Origin: Squalus acanthias
Taxonomy: Eukaryota
Reading direction: 5' to 3'
Length of the DNA: 64,000 bases
Assembly: GCA_030390025.1 (NCBI GenBank)
Contig: JASTWF010000034.1
Location: 1,488,001 to 1,552,000, forward strand
Position numbers and translations under genes: made by a program. Every line of letters starts with the position of its first letter. Positions within the stretch are counted from its first letter, which is position 1. Shown here piece by piece: positions 13,001 through 24,384 of this stretch. The notes below the pieces were generated by a model that searched no databases, was not told the origin of the DNA, and saw only the letters and a program-made list of their open reading frames with translations.

Positions 13001-13760
13001 ATGGTGGCAAATTAGGGAAAGGGGAGGTGCAACGAGACCTGGGCGTCATGGTACATCAGTCACTGAAGGTGGGAAGGCAAGTGCAGCAGGCAGTCAAGAA
13101 AGCAAATGGCATGATGGCCTTCATAGCAAGGGGATTTGAGTACAGGAGTAGGGAGGTGATGCTGCAGTTGTACAGGGCCTTGGTGAGGCCACACCTGGAG
13201 TATTGTGCGCAGTTTTGGTCTCCTAACTTGAGGAAGGAGATTCTTGCTATTGAGGGAGTGCAACGAAGGTTCACTAGATTGATTCCTGGGATGGCGAGAC
13301 TGACATATCAAGAAAGACTGGATCAACTGAACTTATATCCTCTGGAGTTCAGAAGAATGAGGGGGGATCTTATAGAGACGTTTAAAATCCTGACTGGTTT
13401 AGACAAATTAGATGCGGGCAGAAGGTTTCCAATGTTAGGGAAAACTAAAACCAGGGGTCACAGTCAAAGGATAAAGGGGAAGCGATTTAAGACTGAGATG
13501 AGGAGGAACTTCTTCAACCAGAGAGTGGTGAATCTGTGGAATTCTCTACCACAGAAGGTTGTTGAGGCCAGTTCGCTAAATATATTCAAAAGGGAGTTAG
13601 ATATAATACTCACAACTAGGGGGATCAAGGGGTATGGCGAGAAAGTAGGAATGGGGTACTGAGGTAGCATGTTCAGCCATGAACGCATTAAATGGCGGTG
13701 CAGGCTCGAAGGACCGAATGGTCTACTCCTGTACCTATTTTCTATGTTTCTATGTTTCTA
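10009..13760 (+). mobile_element. CR1 LINE, 5'-truncated in ORF1; ORF1 SGNH esterase plus disrupted ORF2 (APE endonuclease + RT)
   Basis: ORF1 has AIVIVDSIVRG and VHVGTND (ends 10689). ORF2 has LNARS, ITETW, MGDFN, SDH and KFADDTK with stops/frameshifts near 11940, 12290 and 12550. (TTTCTATG)n tail. Confidence 0.95.
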
Positions 13761-13943
13761 CATGTAAGTGTCAAACACTCCCGGGTGAGCTACGGGCAAG
13801 GTTTATCTCCGAGTTAATCTCCGCTCAACTTGACACATCAAAGGCCGAGCCTGATGGCAGATGTTGAACAGCTCCCAGTATCTGGTTAGATTCTCACCTT
13901 GGCAGAATCCTGGACTGATGGAATTCTCAGTAAAGCTACTCAC

Positions 13944-14114
13944 CTTTCCAATCATTGTTGAAGCTTCCCGTTTTATCCCGTCTCCGACACGGGGGATCTC
14001 GATCCCACCAGATCTGCTCTGTGAAACCAGAGACATTTCTCCAGTCCCAGTCAGTGAGGCGATGATTCGACTTCTCTCTCTCCACCTTCCTGAGATATTG
14101 CTCACTCCCAGAGA
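13944..14114 (-). other. Putative second exon (first coding exon, MSLVSQSRSGGIEIPRVGDGIKREASTMIGK) of an unidentified gene, copy A
   Basis: Acceptor ttttctattgacAG ends at 14115. ATG at 14036 gives 31 codons to the donor AAG|GTGAGT at 13944 (phase 0). Paralogous copy at 26150-26313. Confidence 0.5.
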
Positions 14115-14293
14115 CTGTCAATAGAAAAATGATTCATAATAATCCCAGATCCAATACCTGGAATACAGTGGGGCTGTTTTTGTGACTGGGATTGTATCTA
14201 ATTTCATTATATTGGCAATTAATGTGTATTTGAATTACTTACATTAATATTAAATTGGTCCTTTCAGCCCTTTGCCCTGTTTATTGGGACTAA

Positions 14294-14415
14294 ACTCACC
14301 CCCAGTGTCAGCTGTCACTCCAGCTCCTCCCACACTGACATCCCACTGATGGGTCGTAACCAGGGGCGGGGCCCTGTTTCCAAGTGACATCACACAGGAG
14401 CAGGGAGCCAATCAA
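14294..14415 (-). promoter_or_regulatory. Putative promoter and short non-coding exon 1, copy A
   Basis: Donor GG|GTGAGT at 14300/14299, GC box GGGGCGGGGC at 14363-14372, TGACATCA at ~14385, CCAAT at ~14408. Confidence 0.45.
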
Positions 14416-14477
14416 TGAAAGAGCAGCCTGGAAAACTGTTAAAGCGGCCAAGCCCCTCCCAATCCCCCTGGGGCAGG

Positions 14478-17400
14478 TACATAACGAACATACGAATTAG
14501 GAGCAGGAGTCGGCCATTCGGTCCCTCAAGCCTGTTCCGCCATTCAATAAGATCATGGCTGATCTGATTACTCCACATTCCCGCCTACCCCCGATAACCT
14601 TTCACCCCCTTGCTTATCAAGAATCTATCTACGTCCGCCTTAAAATATTCAAAGACTCTGCTTCCACCGCCCTCTGAGGAAGAGAGTTCCAAAGACTCAC
14701 GACACTGAGAAAAAACATTCTCCTCATCTCTGTCTAAAATGGGCGCTCCATTATTTTTAAACAGTGACCCCTAGTTCTTGATTCTCCCACAAGAGGAAAC
14801 ATCCTCTCTGCATCCACCCTGTCAAGTCCCCTCAGGATCTTATAGGTTTCAATCAAGTCACCTCTTACTCTTCTAAACTCCAGTGGATACAAGCCTAGCC
14901 TGTCCAACCGTTCCTCATAAGACAACCCGCCCATTCCAGGTATTAGTCTAGTAAACCTTCTCTGAACGGCTTCCAACGCATTTACATCCTTCCTTAAATA
15001 AGGAGACTAATACTGTACTCAGTACTCCAGATGTGGTCTCACCAATGCCCTCGATAACTGAAGCATAAACTCCCTACTTTTGTATTCAATTCCCCTCGCA
15101 ATAAATGATAACATTCTATTAGCTTTCCTAATTACTTGCTGTACATGCATACTAACCTTTTCCGATTCATGCACTAGCACACCCAGAACCCTCTGCATCT
15201 CAAAGCTCTGCAATCTCTCACCATTTAGATAATATGCTTATTTTTTATTTTTCTTGCCAAAATGCACAATTGCACATTTTCACACATTATACTCTATTTG
15301 CCAGATCTTTGCCCACTCACTTAACCAATTTAAATACCTTTGTAGACTCTATATGTCCTCTTCACAATTTACTTTCCTACCTATCTTTGTCATCAGCAAA
15401 TTTAGCAACCATACCTTCGGTCCCTTCATCCAAGGCATTTATATAAATTGTAAAAAGTTGAGGCCCCAGCATTATCCCTGTGGCACACTACACGTTACAT
15501 CTTGCCAACCAGAAAATGACCCATTTATGCCTACACTCTGTTTCCGGTTAGCTAGCCAATCTTCTATCCATGCCAATATGTTACCCCCTACACCATGAGC
15601 TTCTATTTTCCGAAATAACCTTTGATGTGGCACCTTATCAAATGCCTTCTGGAAATCTAAGTACAGTACATCCACCGCTTCCCCTTTATCCACAGCACAT
15701 GTTACTTCCTCAAAGAACTCCAATAAATTGGTTAAACATGATTTCCCTTTCACAAAACCATGCTGACTCTGCCTGATTACCTTGAACTTTTTCAAGTGCC
15801 CTGCTATAACGTCTTTAATAATAGTTTCTAGCATCTTCCCCAAGACAGGTGTTAAGGTAACTGGCCTGTAGTTTCCTGCTTTCTGTGTCCCTCTCTTTTT
15901 GAATAAAGGAGTTACAATCGCTATTTTCTAATCTAATGGAACCTTCCCCGAATCTAGGGAATTTTGGAAAATTAAAATCAAAGCATCAACTATCTCACTT
16001 GCTACTTATTTTAAGACCCTAGGATGAAGTCCATCGGGACCCGGGGACTTGTCAGCCCGCATCTCCAACAATTTCCTCAGTACTGCTTCCCTGGTGATTG
16101 TAATTTTCTTGACTTCCTCCCTCCCTTCCATTTCCTGATTTACAGCTGTTTCTGGGATGTTACTTGTATCCTCTATAGTGAAGACCGATGCAAAATACCT
16201 GTTCAATTCAACTCCCATCTCCTTATTTTCCATTAATTCCCCAGACTCACTTTTTATAGCACCAACGCTCCCTTTGTTAACTCTTTTCTTTTTAGAATAT
16301 CTATAGAAACTCTTACTATCTGTTTTTAAATTCCTAGCTAGCTTTCTCTCGTACTCTAATTTTTCTCTCCTTATTAATCTTTTAGTAATTCTTTGCTGTT
16401 TGTTTATATTCTGTCCAATCTTCTGACCTGCCACCCATCTTTTCACAATTATATGCTTTTTCTTTAAGTTTGATACTATCTTTAACTTTTTTAGTTAACC
16501 ACGGATGGTGGGTCCTCCTCTTGGAATTTTCTATCTCGTTAGAATGGATCTATTCTGTGTATTCTGAAATATCCCATTAAATGTCTGCCACTGCAGCTCT
16601 ATTGACCTATCGCTTACTCTAGTTTGCCAGTTCACTTTAGCAAGCTCTGCTATCATGCCCTCATAATTGCCCTTATTTAAGTAAAAAAAACTAGTCTTGG
16701 ACCAAATCTTCTCTCCCTCAAACTGAATGTAAAATTCAATCATATTATGATCGCTGCGACCTAGGGGCACCTTCACTATGTGGTCATTAATTAATCTGAT
16801 CTTGTTTCACAATACCAGGTCTGCTCTCGCCTGCTCTCTGGTTGGCTCCAGAACGTGCTGTTCTAAGAAAATGTCCCAAAAACATTCTATGAACTCCTCA
16901 TCTAGGCTACCTTTGCCCATCTGATTTTTCATTTTATATGTAGATTAAAATCCCCCATGATTATTGCCGCACCTTTCTGATAAGCTCCCATTATTTCTTC
17001 CTTGATACTCCATCCTGAACGTGTGGTTACTGTTAGGGGGCCTGTACACCACTTCCACAAGTGACTTCTTGCCTTCATCATTTCTCATCTCTACCCAAAC
17101 CGCTTCTGCATCCTGGTTTCCTGAACTTAATTCATCCCTCTATTGCGCTAACACCATTATTAATTTACAGAGCCACCCCTCCACTTTTTCCGAAATATCA
17201 TGTACCCTTCAATATTCAGGTCCCAATGTTTGTCATCCTGCAGCCATGTCTCTGTAATGGCTATCAGATTGTACTTATTTAATTCCAATTGCGCCATCAG
17301 TTCATCTGTTTTGTTTCGAATGCTACGTGCATTCAGATACAGAGCCTTTAGTTTTGTCCTTTTATTATTTTTGTAACCTTTAGCCTTATCTGTTGATTTA

Positions 17401-17720
17401 CTCTTAGATTTGTGCTCTCTATCCCTTCCCGTCACGGTCTGTTTATCATTTCCCATATTAATACCTTTCTCTCTTGTCTTGTTTCTACTCTTTCAATTAC
17501 CACATCTTCCCAGATTTGATCCCTGGCCCCCAATATTTAGTTGAAAGCCCTCTCCACCGCCCTAGTTATATGACTCGCCAGAACACTGGTCCCAGCACGG
17601 TTCAGGTGAAGACCAACCCAACGGTACAGATCCCACTTTCCCCAGTACTGGTGCTAGTGCCCCAGGAAGCGAAACCAATTTCTCCCATACCAGTCTTTGA
17701 GCTACGCATTCATCTCTCTA
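14478..17720 (-). mobile_element. CR1 LINE, decayed; ORF1 3' part, full ORF2 remnant and tail
   Basis: Minus-strand [47 protein letters not shown] and VQRRFTRLIPG; tail at ~14480. Confidence 0.95.
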
Positions 17721-17721
17721 A

Positions 17722-19958
17722 TTTGATGGAACAGTGTAGAGGGAGCTTTACTCTGTATCTAAACCGTGCTGTATCTGCCCTGGGAGTGTTTGGTGGGACA
17801 GTGTAGAGGGAGCTTTACTCTGTATCTAAACCGTGCTGTATCTGCCCTGGGAGTGTTTGGTGGGACAGTGTAGAGGGAGCTTTACTCTGTATCTAAACCG
17901 TGCTGTAACAGCCCTGGGAGTGTTTGATGGGACAGTGAAGAGGGAGCTTTACTCTGTATCCAACCCGTGCTGTACCTGCCCTGGCAGTTTTTGATAGGAC
18001 AGTGCAAAGGGAGCTTTATTCTGGAACTAACCCATGCACTACATGCCCTGCGAGTGTTTGATGGGACAGTGAAGAGGGAGCTTTACTCTATATCTAACCT
18101 GTGCTGTACTTGCCCTGAGGGTGTTTGATTGGACAGTGTAGAGGGAGCTTTATTCGGTATCTAACCCGTGCTGTACCTGCCCAGTGAGTGTTTGATTGGA
18201 CAGTGTAGACGGAGCTTTACTCTGTAACTAACCCATGCACTAACTGCCCAGCGAGTGTTTGATGGGACAGTGTCGACGGAGCTGTATTCTATATATAACC
18301 ATTGCAGTTCCTGCCCTGGGAGAGTTTGATGGGATTCTGTATTGGGATCTTTACTCAGCATCTTACCTGTGCTGTACCTGTCCTGGGAGTGTTTGATGGG
18401 ACGGTGTATAGGTAGCTTTACTCTGCATCATACCTGTGCTGTACCTAAACTGGGAGAGTTTGATGGGACAGTGGAGAGGGAACTTCTTTCCATATCTAAT
18501 CCATGCTGCACCTGCCCCGGGACTGTTAGATGGGACAGTGTAGAGGGAGCTCTACTCTATATCTAACCATTGTTGTATCTGCCCTGGGATTGTTTGATGG
18601 CACAATGTATAGTGAGCTATACTCTGTATCTAACCCGTGCAGTACCTGGCCTGGGAGTGTTTGTTGGAACAGGATGGAGGGGTCTTTACTCTGTATCTAA
18701 CCCGTACTGTTCAAGACCTGGGAGTGTTTGATGTGATAGTATGCAGGGAGCTTTACTCAGTATCTAACTCGTGCTGTACCTGCCCTGGGAGTGTTTGATG
18801 GGGCAGTGTAGAGGGAGCTTTACTCTGTATCTAATCCGTGCTGTACCTGACCTGGGAGTGTTTGATGCAACAGTGTAGAGGCAGCTTTACGCTGCATCTT
18901 ACCCGTGCAGTACCTGGCCTGGGAGTGTTTGATGTGATAGTATACAGGGAGCTATAGTCAGTATCTAACACGGGCTGTACATGCCTGGAAATATTTGATG
19001 GGACAGTGCATAGGGAGCTTTACTCTGTACCTAACCCATGCACTAACTGCCCTGCGAGTGTTTGATGGGACAGTGCAGTGGGAGCTTTACTCTATATCGA
19101 ACCATTGCTGTACCTGCCCTGGGCGTGTTGGATGGGATTCTGTAGAGGGATCTTTACTCTGCATCTAACCCGTGCTGTAACTGGCCTGAGAGTGTTTGAT
19201 GCAACAGTGCAGAGGCAACCTTACTCTGTATCTTACCTGTGCTGTACCTGACCTGGGAGTGTTTGATGGGATAGTATGGAGGGAGCTTTATTCGGTATTT
19301 AACCCGGGCTGTACTTGCCTGGGACAGTTAGATGGGACAGAGTAGAGGAAGCTTTACTCTGTATCTTACCCTGTGCTGCAGCTGCCCTGGGAGTGTTTGA
19401 TGGGTCCTTTTAGAATGATCTTTACTCTGCAGCTAAACTGTGATATACCTGCCCTGGCAGGTATTGAAACGACAGTGTAGAGGGAGCTTTACTCAGTATC
19501 TAACCCGTGCTGTATCTGCCCTGGGAGTCATTGATGGGACAGTGTAGAGGGAGCTTTACTCTGTATCTAACTCGTGCTGTCGCTGCCTGGGAATGCTTGT
19601 TGGGACAGTGTAGAGAGAGCTTTCCTCTGTGTGTAACCCGTGCTGCACATGACCTGGGATTGTTTGATGGCATAATGTGGAGGGAGCATTACCCTGTATC
19701 TAAACCGTACTCAAACTGCCCCAGGAGTGTGTGTTGGGACAGTGTAGAGGGCTCTTTACTCTGTATCTAAACCTTGCTGTACCTGCCCTGGGTGTGCAAA
19801 AACGGCCAGTGTATTGTGCGCTTTACTCTATATCTAACCCATGCTGTACCTAACCTGTGAGTGTTTGATGGGACAGTGCAGTGCGATCTTTACTAAGAAT
19901 CTAACAAATGCTGTACCTGCACTGGGACTGTTTGATGGGACAGTGTAGTGGGAGCCTT
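17722..19958 (+). repeat. 67-bp tandem satellite (~33 units)
   Basis: Unit GGGACAGTGTAGAGGGAGCTTTACTCTGTATCTAACCCGTGCTGTACCTGCCCTGGGAGTGTTTGAT; period 67 measured at 17741/17808. Confidence 0.95.
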
Positions 19959-20141
19959 ATAACTCTTTATACCGTTAGAATCCTTAATAATCATTTACAA
20001 AAGGTGTATAACGGGTTATTAAGGATTGTAAAAAGGAATAAGAGGAGTACAGTATACATTGGTCTAAGTAAGCTTCGGGAAAACAAAAGTCAATAAATAA
20101 ACTAAAACTAGAAAATTAATAAGTAATATAAGGGTTAAGTC

Positions 20142-21088
20142 ATGGCAGTAGAGCTCGGACCTGTGTCATGCTCCTCCTGTAACATGTGGGAAATCATGGA
20201 CGCTTCCTGTGTCCCTGACAACCATGTGTGCGGGAAGTGTGTCCAGCTGCAGCTCATGTGGGACCGCATGACGGCCCTTGAGCTGCGGATGGACTCACTT
20301 TGGAGCATCCACGATTCTGAGAGGGTTGTGAATAGCACATTTAGTGAGTTGGTCACACCGCAGGTTAAGGCCAGAGTAGATAGTACATGGGTGACCAAAA
20401 GGCAGAGCAAGGGCAGGAAGGTAGTGCAGGAATCCCCTGGGGTTGTCTCCCTCAGCAACAGGTTCACCGCCTTAGGTGCTGTTGTCGGGGGGGATGACTC
20501 ATCGGGGGAAGGCACCAGCAGCCAGGCTCATGGCACCATGACTGGCTCTGTTGCAAAGAAGGGAGGGAAAAGAGTGGCAGGGCTATAGTAATAGGGGATT
20601 CGATTGTAAGGGGAATAGATAGGAGTTTCTGTGGTCGCGACCGAGACTCCAGGATGGTAATTTGCCTCCCTGGTGCAAGGGTCAAGGATGTCTCGGCGCG
20701 GGTGCAGAACATTCTGGAGGGGGAGGGGGAACAGCCAGTTGTCGTGATACATGTTGGTACCAACGACGTAGCTAAAAAAAGGGAAGAGGTCCTACAAGTA
20801 GAATTTAGGGAGTTAGGAGCCAAGCTAAAAAGTAGGACCTCGAAGGTAGTAATCTCTGGATTACTACCAGTGCCACGTGCTAGTAAGAGTACAGAGAACA
20901 GGATAGTTAGGCTAAATACGTGGCTTGAGCAGTGGTGTAAGAGGGAGGGTTTTAAATTTTTGAGGCATTGGGACCAGTTTTGTGGTAGGTGTGACCTATA
21001 CAATAGGGACGGTCTACACCTGTGCAAAGATGGAACTGATGTTCTCGGGGTAAATTTTGATAAAGCAGTTCGGGAGCATTTAAACTAG
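20142..21088 (+). pseudogene. CR1 ORF1 (CxxC..CxxC zinc finger, coiled coil, SGNH esterase) with one frameshift at ~20570
   Basis: CSSCNMWE..CGKC, then AIVIGDSIVRG and IHVGTND in the next frame; one A is missing from an A-run relative to the 10.1-kb copy. Confidence 0.85.
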
Positions 21089-24030
21089 TATGGCAGGGGG
21101 CTAGAAACCCATGTAGTGAAATAGAGGAAAGTGAAAGGCAGACAGAAATAAATGGTAAAAAGGAGAGGAACAAAAAACAAAGGGCCAAACTAATTCATAA
21201 AAAATGTGAGCATAAAAAAAGCCTGAGGGTTTTATACCTTAATGCGAGAAGCATCAGGAACAAGGTAGATGAATTAGCTGTGGAAATAGAGGTTAATAAT
21301 TATGATCTAATTGGGATTACGGAAACATGGTTGCAGGGTGAGCAGGGCTGGGAGCTTAACATACAGGGGTATTCAGTATTTAGGAAGGATCGACAAAAAA
21401 GAAAGGGAGGAGGGGTAGCATTGCTGGTAAAAGAGGGGATAAATGCAATTGAAAGGAAGGATATTAACTCAGTTAATACAGAATCTATATGGGTGGAGCT
21501 AAGAAATAGCGAGGGGCGAAAAACATTAATAGGAGTGGTATATAGGCCTCCAAATAGTAAAATAGAGGTTGGGGAGGGCATCACGAGGGAAATTAGAGAA
21601 GCGTGCAATAAGAGCACAGCTGTCATCATAGGTGACTTTAACTTACATATAGATTGGACTAGCCTAATCAGTAAAAATAATGAGGAGGAGGAATTCCTTG
21701 AGTGTTTAAGGGATGGTTATCTGGATCAATATGTCGAGGAACCAACTCGGGAACAGGCTATATTGGACTGGGTACTGTGCAATGAGAAGGGACTAATTAG
21801 TAATCTTGTTGTACGGGGACCCTTGGGTCAGAGCGATCATAACATGATCGATTTCTCACTCGAAATGGAGAGCGAAGAAATTGACTCAGAGACTCAGGTC
21901 CTGAATTTAAACAAGGGGAATTATGATGCCATTAGACGGGAACTGAGTAGGTCTGATTGGACAACGTTCCTGGGAGGACTGGAGGTAGATAAACAATGGC
22001 AAGCATTTAAAGATAGAATGACAAAATTGCAAAAATTGTTTATACCAATCTGGCATAAAAGGAAATCTAAAAAGGTGACTCAACCGTGGATAACAGGGGA
22101 AATTAGAGACAGCATAAAATCCAAAGATAGGGCGTATAAAATAGCCAAAAAACGCGCCAGAGCGGAAGATTGGGAACAGTTTAAGATAGAGCAAAGGAGG
22201 GCAAAGGGCTTAATCAAGAAGGGCAAAATAGCTTACGAAAGCAAGCTGGCGGAAAATATAAAAACTAACTCCAAAAGCTTTTATAAGTATATCAAGAGGA
22301 AAAGACTGGTGAAAACCAAAGTTGGTCCATTGCAGTCAGATACGGGGGAATATATAATGGGAAATAAGGAAATGGCAAACCAACTAAATGCATACTTTGG
22401 GTCAGTCTTTACGAAGGAAGACACAAAAAACCTCCCTGGGATATCGGGAAAAATAGGGACATTGGCAAAGGAGGAACTGACGCAAATCAATATCTCTAAG
22501 GATATGGTGTTAAGGAAGCTAAAGGGATTGAAGGCGGACAAATCCCCAGGGCCTGATAACATGCATCCTAGGGTACTGAAGGAGGTGGCCCTAGAGATAG
22601 CGGATGCACTAAGCATGATTTTTCAGAATTCATTAGACTCGGGAACAGTGCCCATGGATTGGAGGGTAGCTAACGTTACCCCACTATTCAAAAAGGGGGG
22701 TAGGGAAAAAGCAGGTAATTACAGACCTGTAAGCCTTACATCAGTTGTGGGCAAAATGCTGGAGTCCATCATTAAGGATGAAATAGCCGAGCACTTAGCA
22801 AATGGGGATAGGATAGGACAGAGTCAACATGGATTTACAAAGGGTAAATCGTGCTTGACTAATCTATTGGAATTTTTTGAGGGAGTAACTGGTAAAATAG
22901 ATGGGGGAGAGCCAGTAGATGTGGTGTACCTGGACTTCCAAAAGGCCTTCGATAAGGTCCCACATAAAAGATTAGCATGGAAAATTGAAGCTCATGGGAT
23001 AAAGGGGAAAGTATTGACGTGGATAGAGAACTGGCTGTCAGATAGAAAACAGAGAGTTGGAATAAACGGCTCATTTTCTGAATGGCAGGCAGTAACAAGT
23101 GGGGTACCACAGGGATCTGTCCTGGGTCCCCAGCTGTTCACAATTTATATTAATGACCTGGATCAGGGAGTCGAATGCAGCATTTCCAAATTTGCAGACG
23201 ACACTAAACTAGGAGGGGGGGTGGGCTCAGAGGAGGAGACCAGGAAGCTCCAGAGCGATTTGGACAGACTGGGTGATTGGGCGGATAAATGGCAGATGCA
23301 CTATAATGTGGACAAGTGCGAAGTTATCCACCTTGGGTGCAGGAACGGGAGGGCAAATTATTATTTAAATGGCAATAAATTGGGAGAGGGGGAAGTACAG
23401 AGAGACCTGGGTGTTCTTGTACACCAGTCACTGAAGGCGAGCATGCAGGTGCAACAGGCGGTCAAGAAGGCAAACGGTATGCTGGCCTTCATAGCAAAAG
23501 GGTTGGAATACAGGAACAGGGATACCTTGCTGCAGCTGTACAGGGCACTGGTGAGACCACACCTCGAGTACTGTGTACAGTTTTGGTCGCCTCATCTGAG
23601 GAAAGATGTTCTTGCCATGGAGGGGGTGCAGCGGCGATTCACCAGGCTGATACCAGGAATGGCGGGATTGACCTATGAGGAGAGACTATGTAGTTTAGGG
23701 ATGTACACACTGGAGTTTAGAAGATTGAGAGGGGACCTCATAGAAGTGTATAAAATTCTGACAGGTCTAGACAGATTAGATGCAGAAGGAATGTTTCCCT
23801 TGGCGGGTGAGAACAGAACTAGAGGACATAATTTAAGGATAAGGGCTAAACCATTTAGGACAGAAATGAGGGGGAATTTCTTCACTCAGAGAGTGGTGAA
23901 CCTGTGGAACTCATTGCCACAGAGGGCAGTGTACGCCAGCTCATTAAATATATTTAAGAGGGAATTAGATATATTTCTACAGGCAAAAGGGGTTAAGGGT
24001 TACGGAGAGAAGGCGGGGACGGGATACTGA
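21064..24030 (+). CDS. CR1 ORF2, AP-like endonuclease plus reverse transcriptase; open from 21064, no early ATG
   Basis: No stop from 21064 to 24030. Motifs [46 protein letters not shown] and FADD. Confidence 0.92.
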   Translation, partial: SSSGAFKLVWQGARNPCSEIEESERQTEINGKKERNKKQRAKLIHKKCEHKKSLRVLYLNARSIRNKVDELAVEIEVNNYDLIGITETWLQGEQGWELNIQGYSVFRKDRQKRKGGGVALLVKEGINAIERKDINSVNTESIWVELRNSEGRKTLIGVVYRPPNSKIEVGEGITREIREACNKSTAVIIGDFNLHIDWTSLISKNNEEEEFLECLRDGYLDQYVEEPTREQAILDWVLCNEKGLISNLVVRGPLGQSDHNMIDFSLEMESEEIDSETQVLNLNKGNYDAIRRELSRSDWTTFLGGLEVDKQWQAFKDRMTKLQKLFIPIWHKRKSKKVTQPWITGEIRDSIKSKDRAYKIAKKRARAEDWEQFKIEQRRAKGLIKKGKIAYESKLAENIKTNSKSFYKYIKRKRLVKTKVGPLQSDTGEYIMGNKEMANQLNAYFGSVFTKEDTKNLPGISGKIGTLAKEELTQINISKDMVLRKLKGLKADKSPGPDNMHPRVLKEVALEIADALSMIFQNSLDSGTVPMDWRVANVTPLFKKGGREKAGNYRPVSLTSVVGKMLESIIKDEIAEHLANGDRIGQSQHGFTKGKSCLTNLLEFFEGVTGKIDGGEPVDVVYLDFQKAFDKVPHKRLAWKIEAHGIKGKVLTWIENWLSDRKQRVGINGSFSEWQAVTSGVPQGSVLGPQLFTIYINDLDQGVECSISKFADDTKLGGGVGSEEETRKLQSDLDRLGDWADKWQMHYNVDKCEVIHLGCRNGRANYYLNGNKLGEGEVQRDLGVLVHQSLKASMQVQQAVKKANGMLAFIAKGLEYRNRDTLLQLYRALVRPHLEYCVQFWSPHLRKDVLAMEGVQRRFTRLIPGMAGLTYEERLCSLGMYTLEFRRLRGDLIEVYKILTGLDRLDAEGMFPLAGENRTRGHNLRIRAKPFRTEMRGNFFTQRVVNLWNSLPQRAVYASSLNIFKRELDIFLQAKGVKGYGEKAGTGY

Positions 24031-24384
24031 ATTGAAGGATCAGCCATGATCTCATTAAATGGCGGAGCAGGCTCGAAGGGCCGGATGGCCTACTCCTGCT
24101 CCTATCTTCTATGTATCTATGTATCTATGTAATGATTTATAAAGGGTCATGTCCCTTTATCATATTTTGCATCACTTTGTACCCCATTGAAATCCCTTTA
24201 TAATCCTTTGTCAATCATTATAACACTTTATAAGCCTTTGTCGATCATTACCACCCTTTATATTCCTTAACCATTCATCATAACACTTTATATTATATTA
24301 TCAAACTTTATATATATTATAATACTTTATATTCATTTATAATAATTTATAACCAGCATAATCCTTTATAACCCTTTATAAAGC

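Larger units (their letters stand above)
20040..24130 (+). mobile_element. Near-complete young CR1 LINE
   Basis: ORF1, intact ORF2, 3' UTR and (TCTATGTA)n tail; inserted in AT-rich degenerate repeat that continues at 24131-24380. Confidence 0.95.

Noticed and set aside
17722..19958. CRISPR array
   Set aside because: The whole 67-bp unit repeats with scattered substitutions; there is no repeat-spacer alternation.
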